From the NCBI RefSeq assembly GCF_009914755.1, contig NC_060937.1: 64,000 nt of DNA. One strand, given 5' to 3'. The notes under the pieces were generated by a model, which was not told where the DNA came from, ran no database searches, and worked only from the letters and a program-made list of their open reading frames with translations. This DNA is from the human T2T-CHM13v2.0 reference genome, Homo sapiens. The translations under genes and the position numbers were made by a program. Position 1 is the first letter of the stretch. Each line of letters opens with the position of its first letter. Shown piece by piece: positions 13,094 through 26,129 of this stretch.

Positions 13094-13521
13094 TGTTGGG
13101 GTGATCAGACCCAACACCAGGCCATGGGGGCTACAAAGTCCATTGGAGTCAATGGAATGAGAAAAAACAACAGAGAAAGTGGGACCAGGAGGCCAATGCT
13201 AGTATGGAGTTTCCGAAGGTCCCAGCTCTGGGAGCCCACGCTATTTATTGGCAATCAAACAAAGAAACAGGTGGTGAGGATGTGGGGGTTGAAAGGAAGC
13301 AGTGTATCAAGTGAATGAGCTACAGCTGTGACAATTTAGCATTTTCTTTGAAACATATGGCTACTTGAGATAATGGGAATGCTAGAAGCAAGGAGCTGGC
13401 AAGTCTGGATACATTCCAAAGACCACGAGGGTTTTTAGACCCTGGACCCCAGACGTGTTCCAAGACTCTTTCACATTATGTCCATCAGCTTCTCTCCCAA
13501 CACTCTGCTTTTCTCCCCACG
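13094..13521 (-). mobile_element. ERVK-class solo LTR, LTR3-like (HML-6)
   Basis: tgttggggtgatcagacccaacacc...cttctctcccaacactctgcttttctccccac; AATAAA on minus near 13245; flanking direct repeat ataag. Confidence 0.8.
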
Positions 13522-16249
13522 ATAAGTTTGGTAGATAATTAGAGATTTGATCCTATTGACGTCATATACCAAGTCTGTCTAATATAAGCAAGTTTGTGCC
13601 ATAGAATTCACATTCATGGATCCGTTTAGAACTGGAAGGTGTAAGTTAAGAATGAGAAGACCAAGTTAGTTAGTGGAGATGTAATCAGACACTTTAGAGA
13701 TACATTACCAGATGTCATGGTCTAAAAGAAGCATTGCTAAGAAACGTAAAAAGGAATGCTTTGGCTTTTGACTCACTGTTTTAAAAACTTTTAAAGTTAT
13801 TTTATTTTTTACTCCCAGTCTGTATATGAAGCAAATAACTTTATTTCAGAAAAATATTTCATTGCTCACTAAATAATTCCGGTCTCTACCTAACAATGTA
13901 GAACGAAGTCTGGTGTTTTTAGAAACAAAGAATTTGGTTTTTCATGGAAATTGATCAAGGTGTGAAGATAATTCAGACCAACATGATCACGAGACATGGT
14001 GAATAAAAGAGAACTGTAGTCCAATAATTTCACTGAGAAATGTAGATCAGAATACTTTTATTGACTAGTTAAGGAACTATATGCTCTAAATTGAATATTA
14101 TATTTGAAGTTAAAGCTAGGTAAGTTATAGATAGATGACTGTAGAATCAAAGCAAAGCCAGCTTCAGTGATCATAACAGAATTTTCATTAACTTATGGTA
14201 GGGCAATGGACCCATCTCACAAGACAGCATCAACCAGTCTTGTTACCCTCTCTTTGGGGCAGAGCGAATGACATTCACAAATTCTAACTTAAGTGCCCCC
14301 ATACCCAATCATTTTTGTTCCAGACTTAAACTGCTTTTTTCAGAAAATGTAATAATGTCTAGAAGTTAAATACAAATAATGCTGATTTTATTGTTTGTGT
14401 ATATCAGCCATAATAATTTCTTACAATTTCACCCTGGAAAACATTATCAGAAGTAAAAATGGTCAGATGTCCACAGACACTTATTTTAATGTAATCTTTT
14501 GGAGCAAATGGAGAAAGCAGTGTGCAACAGAAAAGAAAGTGCTAATTAGAACTCAGATAAAATGATATTACCCTTCAAAATTAAGTCATAGTGTATCTAT
14601 ACTATTAATAAATAAATGCAGCCTAAAACAAAACATTAATTGAATAATTATGTGACTGATAAAATATTTGCATACTTGCTTATGTCATGTTAAAAATAAG
14701 CTTCAACTGTATTATTGCAATCATGTAAACTATGTTTATAGGCAGAATACCAGAAGAAAAGAAATGGTTTTAACAATTATTAACTTTAAGTAGTTGAAAT
14801 TATGTTGCCTGTGTTACTTTACTTTTCTGTATTACTTTTTAACATTTTCAATGTATTTACTTAATGAGAAATTAACTTTAAATAATTATTGAGAATTATT
14901 TTACTTCAGGTTTTGTATTTGTTTATAAAAGACTAAACTAACAACCCACATTTGTCTCATGCAGGTTTATTTGCATAAATATCTACTTGATTTTTACATG
15001 TGGATTTTCACTGTATGTTAACTAAATTGGGTAGGCTTATTCTATGAGAAATGAATTAAAAATTAAAAAATAGAGTATTATACACTGTTTGATGAGTAGT
15101 ATTTTTCTTTTCAGATTATGAAACTATTTAGAGCCATCTTAATAAATGTATCCATATAAACAATTCAACTAAATATGAGACTGTAACATTTACTTTTTGA
15201 GTAAGGTTTGATAAAATAGGGAGCTGCTATTCAGACCTAATTTGTTTTGCTTACATTACAAATAATAAAAAGAGAACAATAGAATGCCCTAAGACAACTG
15301 CAGTGGACAAGGACAAAAGGGTGGCTAACAATACAGTATAATTTTTTTTTCTAAAAGCTTTTTGCAAGCCCCTGTTAAGCTTTGAAAAAAGCATCAACAA
15401 AGCATAGCATATGCACTGGTATTCATGAACAATTTCTGTGTCCATATGCCTAACATTTTCAGAAAATGGCACTGTTTGAAAATTATCTTGAGTATAAAAT
15501 GTCATACATGTTAATTGTATGCTGTTATTAAGGCTTCAAATATTTATAGGAGCAATTAATTATTACATTTAACTTATTTGGGCCATTATTTATGAAGGCA
15601 TCTTAATGTGCATGCACATATACGTAATTTTATAAATAATTTTAATAATAATCACTAAACAAAATAAAGCAGTAACCCTATGGTTACACAACAAGGTAAT
15701 CTGCTAATATATGTGCAAAGAAAAGGAAAAGACTAGAAATCAGTGATGGGATTTTTTAAAGAAATAGTAGATCAAAAGGATTTTTGGCAGAAACTCTTGT
15801 GAATAGAAATGTAGTTTTCAGTATCTTAAGACTTTATTATGGTTTATATTTAGTCAGAATATATTTATAATCAATTGTATCTAAGAATAATAAAGTTTAT
15901 GAAATATTGAGAATATGAGAATGTATCTCTTGCATTAGTATATCATTCTATCAATATTTTCCTTAAGGCTAATTCCAAATCAAGACAATTTTTTAAATCC
16001 TAGGAGAAAAAAATAGAGTATCTAGAGTGAAGAGGATGCAACACTAATTACTAACAGAAAATAATAAATATCTCTAAAATTAAGAATGGAGAAAATTGTA
16101 GCTACCAAAAGCAGAGAAACAAAGGAAAATAAAAAAGTCCACATGAATTTTACCAATTTTTAAATAGGTTAGAAATTGTCCATCTCTACCCATTAAGTGG
16201 AATAAATTTATCTACTCCTTAAATTCAGTTAACCTTTTAATGATAGAAT

Positions 16250-17261
16250 GATTTTATTTAGTGATATACTTTGATACTTTCTCTTTGTAATTTGTGTATC
16301 TATTAGTGGTTTTTCTTCTTTATAGTTACTATAGGGTTTTTATAAAACATCTTAAAATTATGCATTTCTAATTTAAACTAATAACTTCAATCAAATGCAA
16401 AACTTTACTCTGATTTCTTTCCACACACACACACTTGATAATAATGTCATACTTTTCATCTTTCATTATTGTGTATTCATTAACAAATTAGTATAGGTAT
16501 AATTATTTTTAACACTTTTGTCTTTTAACTATTATACTTTTATAAAGTTAAAAATGACTTACACATCACCAGTACAATATTAGAGTATTCTGAGTTAGAC
16601 TATATGTTTACCTTTGTCAGTAAATTTTGTGCTTTTTTATGTTTTCATGTCGTTACTTAGCATCCTTTTGTTTTAAATAGAACTCCCTTTAGCATTTTCT
16701 TTTTATAAGACAGATCTCCTGGTGATGAACTCCTTCAGCTTTTGTTTGTCAGTGAATGTTTTTATATCTCCTTTATTCTGAAGAATAGTTTTGCTGGGTA
16801 TAGTATATGTACTTGGCAGGTTTTTGTTTTTGTTTTTGTTCTTTTAGCACTTTGAATATATCCTCCTACTTTTGCTGGTTTGCAGGGTTTCTGTTGAGAA
16901 GTCTGCTGCTAACCTTACAAAGGTTCCTTTATATGTGGCAAATCTCTTTTCTTTTGCTACTCTCAAGATTCTTTCTTTGTCTTTGACTTTTGATAGTTTG
17001 AATATAGTGTACCTTGGATTATTCATATTTGGGTTTGTCTTTCTTGGGAACTTTCAATCTTTGTAAATGTGGATAGCCACATCCCCTTCAAGATTTTGGA
17101 ATTTTCCAGCCAGCATTTCTTTTAATAAGCTTTGTTCATTTTCTTCTCTTTTCATCTTCCAGGAATCCCAAAATTCAAATATTTGTATACTTAATACTGT
17201 CACATAGGATACTTATGCTTTGCTCACACATTTTCAAAGACTTTTCTCTTTTTGCTCTTCT
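16250..17261 (-). mobile_element. Old L1M, ORF1 C-terminal and inter-ORF region
   Basis: ORF 16844-17026(-) PRYTIFKLSKVKDKERILRVAKEKRFATYKGTFVRLAADFSTETLQ matches the L1 ORF1p RRM/CTD region. Confidence 0.85.
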
Positions 17262-20147
17262 TTTTAATTTTTTTTTTTTTTTTTTTTAGTTTTAGTTCTG
17301 GGATGCATGGGCTGGAAGTGCAGGTTTGTTACATAGGCAGAATTGTGCCATAGTGGTTTGCTGCACCTATCAACCCATTGCCTAGGTATTAAGCCCAGCA
17401 TGCATTAGCTATTTTTCCTAATACTCTCCCTCCTCCCACTCTACTCCTGACAGGCTCCAGTGTGTGATTTTGCTCTCCCTGTGTCCATGTGATCTCATCG
17501 TTCAGCTCCTACTTATAAGTGAGAATATGTGGTGTTTGGTTTTCTGTTCTTGCATTAGTTTGCTGCAGATAATGGCTTCCAGCTCCAACCATTGTCTCTG
17601 CTAAGGACATGATCTCATTCCTTTTTATGGCTGAATAATATTCATGTTTTGTATTTACTACATTTTCTTTATCAAGTCTATCATTGATGGGGATTTGAGC
17701 TGATGCCATGTCCTTGCTATTGTGTATAGTGCTTCAGTGAACATATGTGTGCATGGATCTCTGTAATAGAATGATTTATATTCCTTTGCTGGGTCACATG
17801 TTATTTCTGGTTCTAGATCTTTGAGGAATCACCATACTGTCTTCCACAATGGTTGAACTAATTTACATTCCCACCAACAGTGTAAAAGCATTCCTGTTTC
17901 TAATCAACCTCACCAGCATCTGTTGTTTCTTGACGTTTTAATAATGGCCATTCTGACTGGCGTGAGACTGTATCTCATTGCGGTTTTGATTTACATGTCT
18001 GTAATTATCAGTGATGTTGATTCTTTTTCATATGTTTTTTTGGCTGCATGAATATCTTATTTGGAGAAGTGTCTGTTCATATCCTTTGCCCATTTTATAC
18101 TAGGGGTTTTTTTTCTTGTAAATTTGAGTTCTTTGTATATTCTGGGTATTAGACCTTTGACAGATGGATAGATTGCAAAGATTTTCTCCCTCTCTGTAAA
18201 TTGCCCGATCACTCTGATGATAGTTTCTTTTGTTGTACAGAAGCTCTTTAGCTTAATTAGATCATATTTGTCAATTTTGGCTTTTGTGCAATTGCTTTTG
18301 ACATTTTCATCATGAAATATTTGCCCCTACCTATGTCCTGAATGGTATTGCCTAGATTTTCTTCTAGAGTTTTTATAGTTTTGGGTTTTACATTTAAGTC
18401 TTTAATCCATCTTGAGTTAATTTTTGTATAACTTATGAGGAAAAGGTCCAGTTTTAATTTTCTGTAAATGAACAGTCAGTTCTCCCAGCACCATTTATTA
18501 AATAGAGAATCCTTTCTTCATTGGTTGTTTTTGTCAGGTTTGTCAAAGATCAGATAGTTGTAGAAGTGTGATCTTATTTCTGAGCTTTCTATTCTATTCC
18601 ATTGGTCTATGTGTCTGTTTTGGTACCGGTCTCATGCGGTTTTATTTATTGTAGACTTATAGTATAGTTTGAAGTCCAGTAGGGTGATATCTTCAGATTT
18701 GTTCTTTTTACTTAGGATTGTCTTGGCTATACAAACTCTTTTGTGGCTCCATGTGAATTTTAAAATACTTTTTTTTCTAATGCTATGCAGAATGTCAATG
18801 GTAGTTTAATGGGGAATAGGATGCAACCTATAAACTACTTTGGGGAGTATGGCCATCTTCACAATGTTGATTCTTCATTCCCATGATGCAAGGTTGGTTC
18901 AATATAAAAATAGTTTTTTTTCTAATGCTGTGAAGAATGGCAATGGTAGTTTAATGGGGAATAGCATTCAATCTATAAAATACTTTGGGGAGTGTGGCCA
19001 TCTTCACAATGTTGATTCTTCATTCCCATGATGCAAGGTTGGTTCTATGCTTCCTATTCATAAGCATAGAATGTTTTCCATTTGTTTATGTCCTTTCTGG
19101 TTTCCTTGAGCAGAGATTTGTAGTTCTCCTTGAAGAGGTCCTTTGCTTCCCTTGTTAGCTATATTTCTGGTATTTTATTCTCTTTGTAGCAATTATGAAT
19201 GATAGTTCATCATGATTCGGCTCTCTGCTTGCCTGTTTTTGGTGTATAAGAATGCCTGTGACTTCTGCACATTGATTTTATATCCTGAGACTTTGCTGAG
19301 GTTTTTTATTGGCTTAAGAGCTTTTTGGCGAGACGATGAGGTTTTCTAGATATAAGATCATGTTGGCTACAAGCAAAGACATTTTTACTTCCTCCTTTCC
19401 TATTTGAATACTCTTTATTCTTTTCTCTTGCCTAATTGCCCTGGCCAGAACTTCCAATACTATGTTGAATAGGAGTGGTGAGAGAAGGCATCCTTGTTTT
19501 GTGCCAGTTTTCAAGGAGAATGCTTCCAGTTTTTTCTCATTTTTTCTCATTCAGTATGATATTGGCTGTGGGTTTGTCATAAATGGCTCTTATTATTTTG
19601 AGGTATGTTCCTTCAATAGTTTGTTGAGAGTTTTAACATGAAGGGATGCTGAATTTTATTGATGGCTTTTTCTGCAGTCTATTGAGATAATCATGTGGTT
19701 TTTGTCTTTAGATCTGTTTATGTGATGGATTATGTTTATTGATTTGTGTATGTTGAACCAACCTTGCATCATGGGAATGAAGTCAACTTGATTGTACTGG
19801 ATAAGCTTTTTGATGTGCTACTGGATTCGGTTTGTCAGTATTTTATTGAGATTTTATGCATCGATGTTCATCAGGGATACTGGCATGAAGTTTTCCTTTT
19901 TGTTGTATTTCTGCCATGTTTTGGTATTAGGATGATGCTGGCCTCATAGAATGTGTTAGGGAGGAGTCCCTCCTTTTCAGTTGTGTGGAATTGTTTCAGA
20001 AGTTATGGTATCAGCTCCTTTCTGTATTTCTGGTAGAATTCAGCTGTAAATGTATCTGGTCCTGGGCTTTTTTAGTTGGTACGCTATTTATTACTGCCTC
20101 AATTTCAGAACTTGTTATTGATCTATTCAGGTATTCAACTTCTTCCT
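17262..20147 (-). mobile_element. 5'-truncated L1PA (about L1PA10-13), ORF2 RT to 3' UTR
   Basis: Poly-T tail at about 17262-17287, L1PA 3' UTR, and ORF 19314-19550(-) [39 protein letters not shown], an L1 RT motif; multiple frame disruptions. Confidence 0.95.
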
Positions 20148-20149
20148 GA

Positions 20150-20262
20150 AAACCCTTAACTGCTTCTAGAATTCTGACAAAGTTGGTTCTTACTGTTTCT
20201 GCTGTTTTCAGTGTTGTTTCTGGAAGAACAAGAGTTTGGAGCTTCCTACTCCACCATTTTGC
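20150..20262 (-). mobile_element. 5' tip of an ancient L1M
   Basis: Minus strand CAAAATGGTGGAGTAGGAAGCTCC, typical of old L1 5' termini. Confidence 0.6.
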
Positions 20263-20739
20263 AGGCCTAAGAGTTAATTTTCAAGTGCAATCAACACAAA
20301 TTGTTTATTTGCCAGCATCAGTTAAAACTGTCAGGGTCAACACTTTTTCTACCTGCTATAGCACTTTTCTTACCACATTTTGAGGCTCCACTAAATGATT
20401 GCCCACTTCTTTGCCAGACTTTGCTAACAGTTTTTCTGCAATTTTTTGTGTATCTGTCCAAAGCCCAGGCCCAAAGAAAATTTCACCTATTTTAGGTTTT
20501 TCTTGTAACAGCACCATAATTATGATACATTTTGGCATCTTATGGCATTTGCTGTATAACTTATAATCCTGAAGCTTTGAGACTTAAAAGAAGCATTTAT
20601 TTAGTCACAATGCTATAGGATGGCATCTTCTTGGGTTTGATACAAGTGGATTATTTATTGATTTAAGCTAGGGACCCTTAATTGTTTGTTGTCAACTGCC
20701 AGTCCTAGTGGGCCTCAAAAGGAAGGAGTTAAAACATTT

Positions 20740-20889
20740 TTTAATAATTTTTTTAAACTTATGTTGGTAAAGACAGGATCTCGATATGTTGTCCAGGCTG
20801 GTCTCAAATTTCTAGCCTTCAGCAATCCTCTCACCTCAGCCTCCCTCCCAAAGCATTGGGATTAAACATGTGAGCCACTGCATCTGTCC
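20740..20889 (-). mobile_element. FLAM / AluJ left monomer
   Basis: Single Alu arm: agacaggatctcgatatgttgtccaggctggtctc...tgagccactgcatctgtcc. Confidence 0.85.
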
Positions 20890-21099
20890 TTTATAATTTC
20901 TTATCATTTCACAGGTTGCTTAAAGTTAGGCCTATAGTTAGTACATATTAAAAGGCAAAACTTAAAAGACTGTGGAAAAAATAAGAAAAAATTGAAGATT
21001 CGATGAAGTATATTCACATAAAAGAACCCTTAAAATGTAGATGAAATTCTAGGCCAATCTCAAATGTGTATTTCTAGCCAAAGTTCTGAGGAACATAAG

Positions 21100-22330
21100 T
21101 TCCCAATCAAAATTCATAAAACACATAAGGAAATAAACTTTCATGAACAAAATTCAGCAGAAAAACAAACTGAAAAATAGCTTCACAAAGCTGCATGTAT
21201 TGGGATGTTCAGATATAACATAAAAATAATATAGTTAAATGAATAAAATGAAATATATATTAAAAACTACCCAGTGTACTACTTAAAGTAATATAATTTC
21301 TAGTAATGAAAACCGAAGATTTTAAATTAAAACCTATATAATGCTCAAAAATAAAGATTAAAAACTGTATACACACTAAATATATTAAGCACAAATAAAG
21401 AGAGATTAACTGAACTGGAATTTAACATTAAATAACAACAAGAGGATTGATACTCAGAAAAGGAGATGGAAAATATGAAAAATGTTAGGAGACATAAAAA
21501 ACTGAGTAAGTTCTAATTGCAGAAACAGAAGGAGAATGGAGAAAATAATAATAAGTGGTTAGACAAAACATTTAGACATTGAAGACTTAAAAATATTGCA
21601 AGATTGATGAACAATACTAATCATTTGAATTAGAAAACACAAAATTAGAGAGAGAGAGAAAAAAACTCAGGATATAAACATCTAAATACCTAGCGTAAAA
21701 AATGAAAAGAACAACACCAAAGCTAAAGCAAAAAAAAAAAGTAGAAGACCTAAAATGGGATAATAATTGAACTGACAAATGATGTCTTGAAAGAAATTAG
21801 AACACAGAAGATCTTGAAACAGCATCTTCAAAATGTTTAAAAAAAATAAAAAACTGCTATACTTAGTGAAAATATTTTTAAAGAATAACACTAAATAATG
21901 ATGTTTTCCAACAAGCATATATTGAGAGTAAACTAGCAATTATAGTAAAATACTAAATTCAAGAAGAAAGAAAATAATTCAACAAGGAAGATCAGAGATG
22001 CTGAAAAATATTACCAGTCTAAAACAAATAATAAGTGATGTTATAATTTATTACATTACAAATAAATAAAAATAATAACACAAGTGGGAAAAGAATGACT
22101 ACACTTAGCATTTTAGAATTAACATTACACTTTGTTAAATTATTAGTATACACTTTTATTTCCATTGTAAAATAATAGAAATGGGATTTTATCTTAGTAA
22201 TGGGAAAAGGCAGAGCAAAAAGAAACAGAACATGTGAGAAAAACAATATAGAAAACCAATGGTAGATATGACCCAGATGTAACTTTCAGCATTAAGTAAA
22301 TTTATAAAACTCTTACATTATGTGACAGAT
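21100..22330 (+). mobile_element. Ancient L1ME/HAL1-like ORF1 region
   Basis: Very A-rich diverged sequence (aaaattcataaaacacataagg...cagcagaaaaac...aattgaactgacaaatgatgtc). Confidence 0.6.
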
Positions 22331-22969
22331 GCTCTATTTAAATGATCAATTAAAAACTTAATATTCTCTTGATGATACAGTAGCTTTGTATCATACTAAA
22401 CTTCTCACTGAAAAGCATAAATGCTGAACAAGGTCAAATGACAGCAACAAACAAAATTTTAAAGTCATTGCAGGACAATAAGTTCAGCTAGGATTTGAGT
22501 GACCAAATTCTAGAGAAATGGCAGGACACTGTTGTGACGCCTATATTTACTTTAATTTTGCACTTGTCCATTGTGTTAAATTTTAGCACAGCAGAACCAC
22601 TCCTGAACTTCTCAGTGATGCTGGTGTTTCTCTCACCAGACCTCCTTTTTGGCTTTCTAACATGGTGTATGCTCTGGACCTTACTTGGAACATAATCATC
22701 TGGTGGGTTTTTGTGTCTTAGTTATGATATCCATTCTGGTTCTCCCACTTTCTTGTGTCCTTTACTCCAATCATTATCTGCTTCCAGATAATTTCTGACA
22801 CTTTGACACTCCATAGTGTGGAGATCAATATTTTTTCTATGTTTCATGGAGTCATCCTGACAGCAAGTTTGGATTATTCCCTAAGATTATTGCTAGGTGT
22901 TAATTCATCAATCATGGGACAGTGCTCCAAATAATTTACTCACACATTCAAGTAAAGTGATAATTAAAG

Positions 22970-23272
22970 TTCTTTTATTTTTTTCCTTAATTGAGACAGG
23001 TTCTCACTCTGTCACCCAGGCATGAGTGCAGTGGAACAATCACAGCTCACTGCAGCCTGAAACTCCTGGGCTCAGGCAATCCACCTCCAGCTCTTGGGCA
23101 GCTGGGACTACAGGCATGGGTCACCACGCCCTGCTAATTTTTCTATTCTTTTTTTAGAGACAGGGTTTCACCATGTTACCCAGGCTCATCTTGAACTCCT
23201 GAGCTCAAGCAATCTGCCCGCCTTGGCCTTCGTAAGTGCTGGGATTACAGGTGTGTGCCCCCGTGCTTGGCC
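22970..23272 (-). mobile_element. AluJ
   Basis: AluJ diagnostics (cacagctcactgcagcct..actcctgggctcagg; gagctcaagcaatc). Confidence 0.9.
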
Positions 23273-23678
23273 AATTCTAGCTCTTAATAGAGAGTGATAG
23301 TCTTCTTTGGCAGATTCAGAGTTTTTATTAAAATATAAAAATTTAAGAATTTAGAGTCATAAACCCAGATTTTTCCATTCATGTGTCAGGGTCCCATTTG
23401 TTCCAATTCAAAACTCTGTTATTGGCATAGTAATCTGCTTTGGTTATGACATAAACCTTCCTTGGAGCCTAACTTTTCTGATCAGTATTTGATTTCATAC
23501 TCAACTTTCTCTGCCCTCCTCTTGAAAGACATAACAGGCTCTCTGTATGTTACCAATGAGAAAACCTGGCTTTCATGGTAGGCTTTCAATTAACAGCTCA
23601 TCTCTCTTAGATTTGTATTATCTTTCCCTAATGTGTCAATCTAATCTAGATTTGCAATAAAGCTGTGATTCCTTTGTC

Positions 23679-24272
23679 TGCATTAACTTTCTTTTGCTGT
23701 GTGACAATATTATCTCAGACTTAGCATATAGTTTAAAACAACATTTTTTTTTCTTACAGCCTCTGTGGGTCAAGAATCCAGCCGTGGCTTAGCTTGTTTC
23801 CCTTTTTAGGGTATTCCAAGGCTAGCAATCAAGATATAAGCTCCACTGCAATCTCAGCTGGAAGCTTGACTGGAACAGGATCTATTTCCCTGTTTGCATG
23901 GTTGTTAGTAGCATTCAGTTCCTTACAGATGTAGTACTGAGAGCTTCAAATATGTTTACTGTCTCTTGGAAGAAGGATGCCTTCAGCTCCCAGGGCTCAC
24001 CTGCAGGCCTTGCTGTATGAGGTTTACTAACATAGCCACTTGCTTCCTCACATCATGAAAGTGAGAGACTGTAGCAATTTGACAGCTACAATCTTATGAA
24101 ACAGATCACATGATTACATACATGTAATCATGTGCATATTCTCACCTTTGCCATATTCTATATTTAGAAGCAAGTGACAGGTCCCATCTACACTGAAAGG
24201 GAAGGGATAACACAAGGATGTGAACAATAGGATGTGAGGGTAATGGCAGTCCTCCCATAATCTTTTCACTTT
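23679..24272 (-). mobile_element. MaLR LTR, MLT1E/F-like
   Basis: cttacagcctctgtgggtcaagaatcc...cacctttgccatattcta..ttagaagcaagtgacagg. Confidence 0.75.
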
Positions 24273-24539
24273 GCATAGTTTATCTTTAATCTGTAATTTT
24301 TAAATACTTGACACATTGCACCAGATAGCACATCCCTTTCTGTCAGTATAATAAAATATTCTAATTCAACACCTGTGAATATTTCAACAATAGTACTGCT
24401 ACCTCATCTCAGGGACTGTATGTGTTTCACTGACACCAGTGAGTGGGTCTTTGTTTCCAGCCAGATGGTGAGTGATTCCATTCCAAAGCTTTGTCTCATT
24501 GCCTGTACTCTTAGACAACTCCTGGCACCCATTTATGAT

Positions 24540-24925
24540 CTTTGTAGGAAAGGGTTTCTGATTCAGAGTTTAGAGTGCAGAATGTTTCTCAGGGAGCAGA
24601 AGGAAGAAAGAAGTCAGACTGGGTACTGGAAGAAGTGGAGTTGGAACGCAATCCTGACAGTCTCCGCCACTGTACAGGCACAGTTGGAGCTGAAATGACC
24701 CATCTGAGATTTCCCATATTCTACTAGAAATACTGACTCTCTAACACAACCACATTCAATTATTGGCTATGGGTATCTCTGGAATGGTATGAGTTGAGGT
24801 GATAAAACTTCCTGAACCTAAGTTAATCCCTCCTGATACTGAAAACTTAGATTGTCTGCTTTCTTCTAAAAGCATTCTAAGTAACTGCAACAACAATTTC
24901 TTCCTCGAAGGAAAATTTGGGTCTA
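24540..24925 (-). mobile_element. ERVL LTR16-like fragment
   Basis: gattcagagtttagagtgcagaatgttt...gagctgaaatgaccc, antisense LTR16 pattern. Confidence 0.5.
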
Positions 24926-24999
24926 AATTCCCCAACTGCTTCCTGTTCAGAATGAAGAAAATATTTCTACTATGTATTGGGTATATTGGCTTCTGACAA

Positions 25000-26040
25000 C
25001 TCTACAAGTAAATCCCTCTTCAGGGGTTGTTCTAGCCTAAAGGCAATTGCCATTCTCAAGTTTATGCCCTCTCCCTGAGGGCAGCCTGTAACAAATATCT
25101 GATCAATGTTACTTAAGGAAAGAAAAAGATGGTCCCATCACCTCAACTGAGATAACTTTGTGAATCCATTCCAGTTCCAAATTTCCTTGTGAGATTGCCT
25201 GAGGTCTCTGTTGCCACTGTGTTGCAGGAATCGGGAGGACAAGAGAAACCTCATGGTAAAGTAGGAGGATCTTTATTGAGTGCACTCAGACCCAGTGGAC
25301 ATAACATCCAAAAAACTGGGCCCAGAACAAAGACAGCACTTGACATTTATACACACTTTAAAAAGGGGGTGGGCTAGCTTGAGTCAGGCTTACAGTGGCA
25401 TGAAGCGAAAGCAAGGATACAGAGGCAGAACAAAGGCAGTGAATCAAATTGTGACAGGTGCATAACTCGGAATTACATATGACCATTGCCAGGCAACCCA
25501 GATGGCTGTTATCTAGGTTATGCCTAGGCACAGGCTTATCCCATAACTTTCACTATGGTGCCCAGGTGGCCTTATCTCAGGCCTGCACAGATGGTTTATG
25601 ACCTTCACTCCACTGCTTAGATTAAACAGAATACTTGAAGTCACTAGTTACAGAGAGCAGGAATCTATAAACTCATACCATAAGAGAAAGGAAAATTTGT
25701 TTTTCTCCTCGCTATGTTGAGGGAATGCTGGGAGAGTCTCCAGAGCACATTCCTTTGTGTCCTGGCTTCTTAGATAGTATTATCAAGAATTTTCCAGGGT
25801 CTGGGCTGTGCCTGTTGCTGCCTCTGGGACAAGTCAGCCTAACACAAGAAAGCTTATTTCTCTTTGTAATTTTATTTCTCTTTCTTTCTTTAATTTCATG
25901 CCTCAACTGAATCACAGTCTAACTGCTCCCTCTTTCCATTTCCTCATAGGTGTTATTTCTAAGAGAACGCCCCCCACAAAAACTCTACATACAGATAGCA
26001 GACTCTCAGTGCCTGTTTTCAGGAAGCCTGACTTGATATA
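25000..26040 (+). mobile_element. ERVL LTR16-like element interrupted by an ERV1 LTR
   Basis: ccctgagggcagcc...ccattccagttcc...gaggtctctgttgccactg [insert] aatcacagtctaact...ctcagtgcctgttttcaggaagcctgac. Confidence 0.6.
25220..25905 (-). mobile_element. ERV1 solo LTR, LTR15-like
   Basis: TG...CA termini, 4-bp TSD actg (25216-25219 and 25906-25909), AATAAA on minus near 25275. Confidence 0.8.
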
Positions 26041-26129
26041 TTTGTTTTCTTATAACTTTCCAATTTGGTGTGATTTCTCAGAGATTATATATAAGCAGTG
26101 GTTCTGATAATGAGTTAACACTATCCATC

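Noticed and set aside
15102-15206. Possible plus-strand exon (ttttcttttcag|...ga|gtaagg)
   Set aside because: Very AT-rich with stop codons and no partner exons; chance splice-like motifs are common in such DNA
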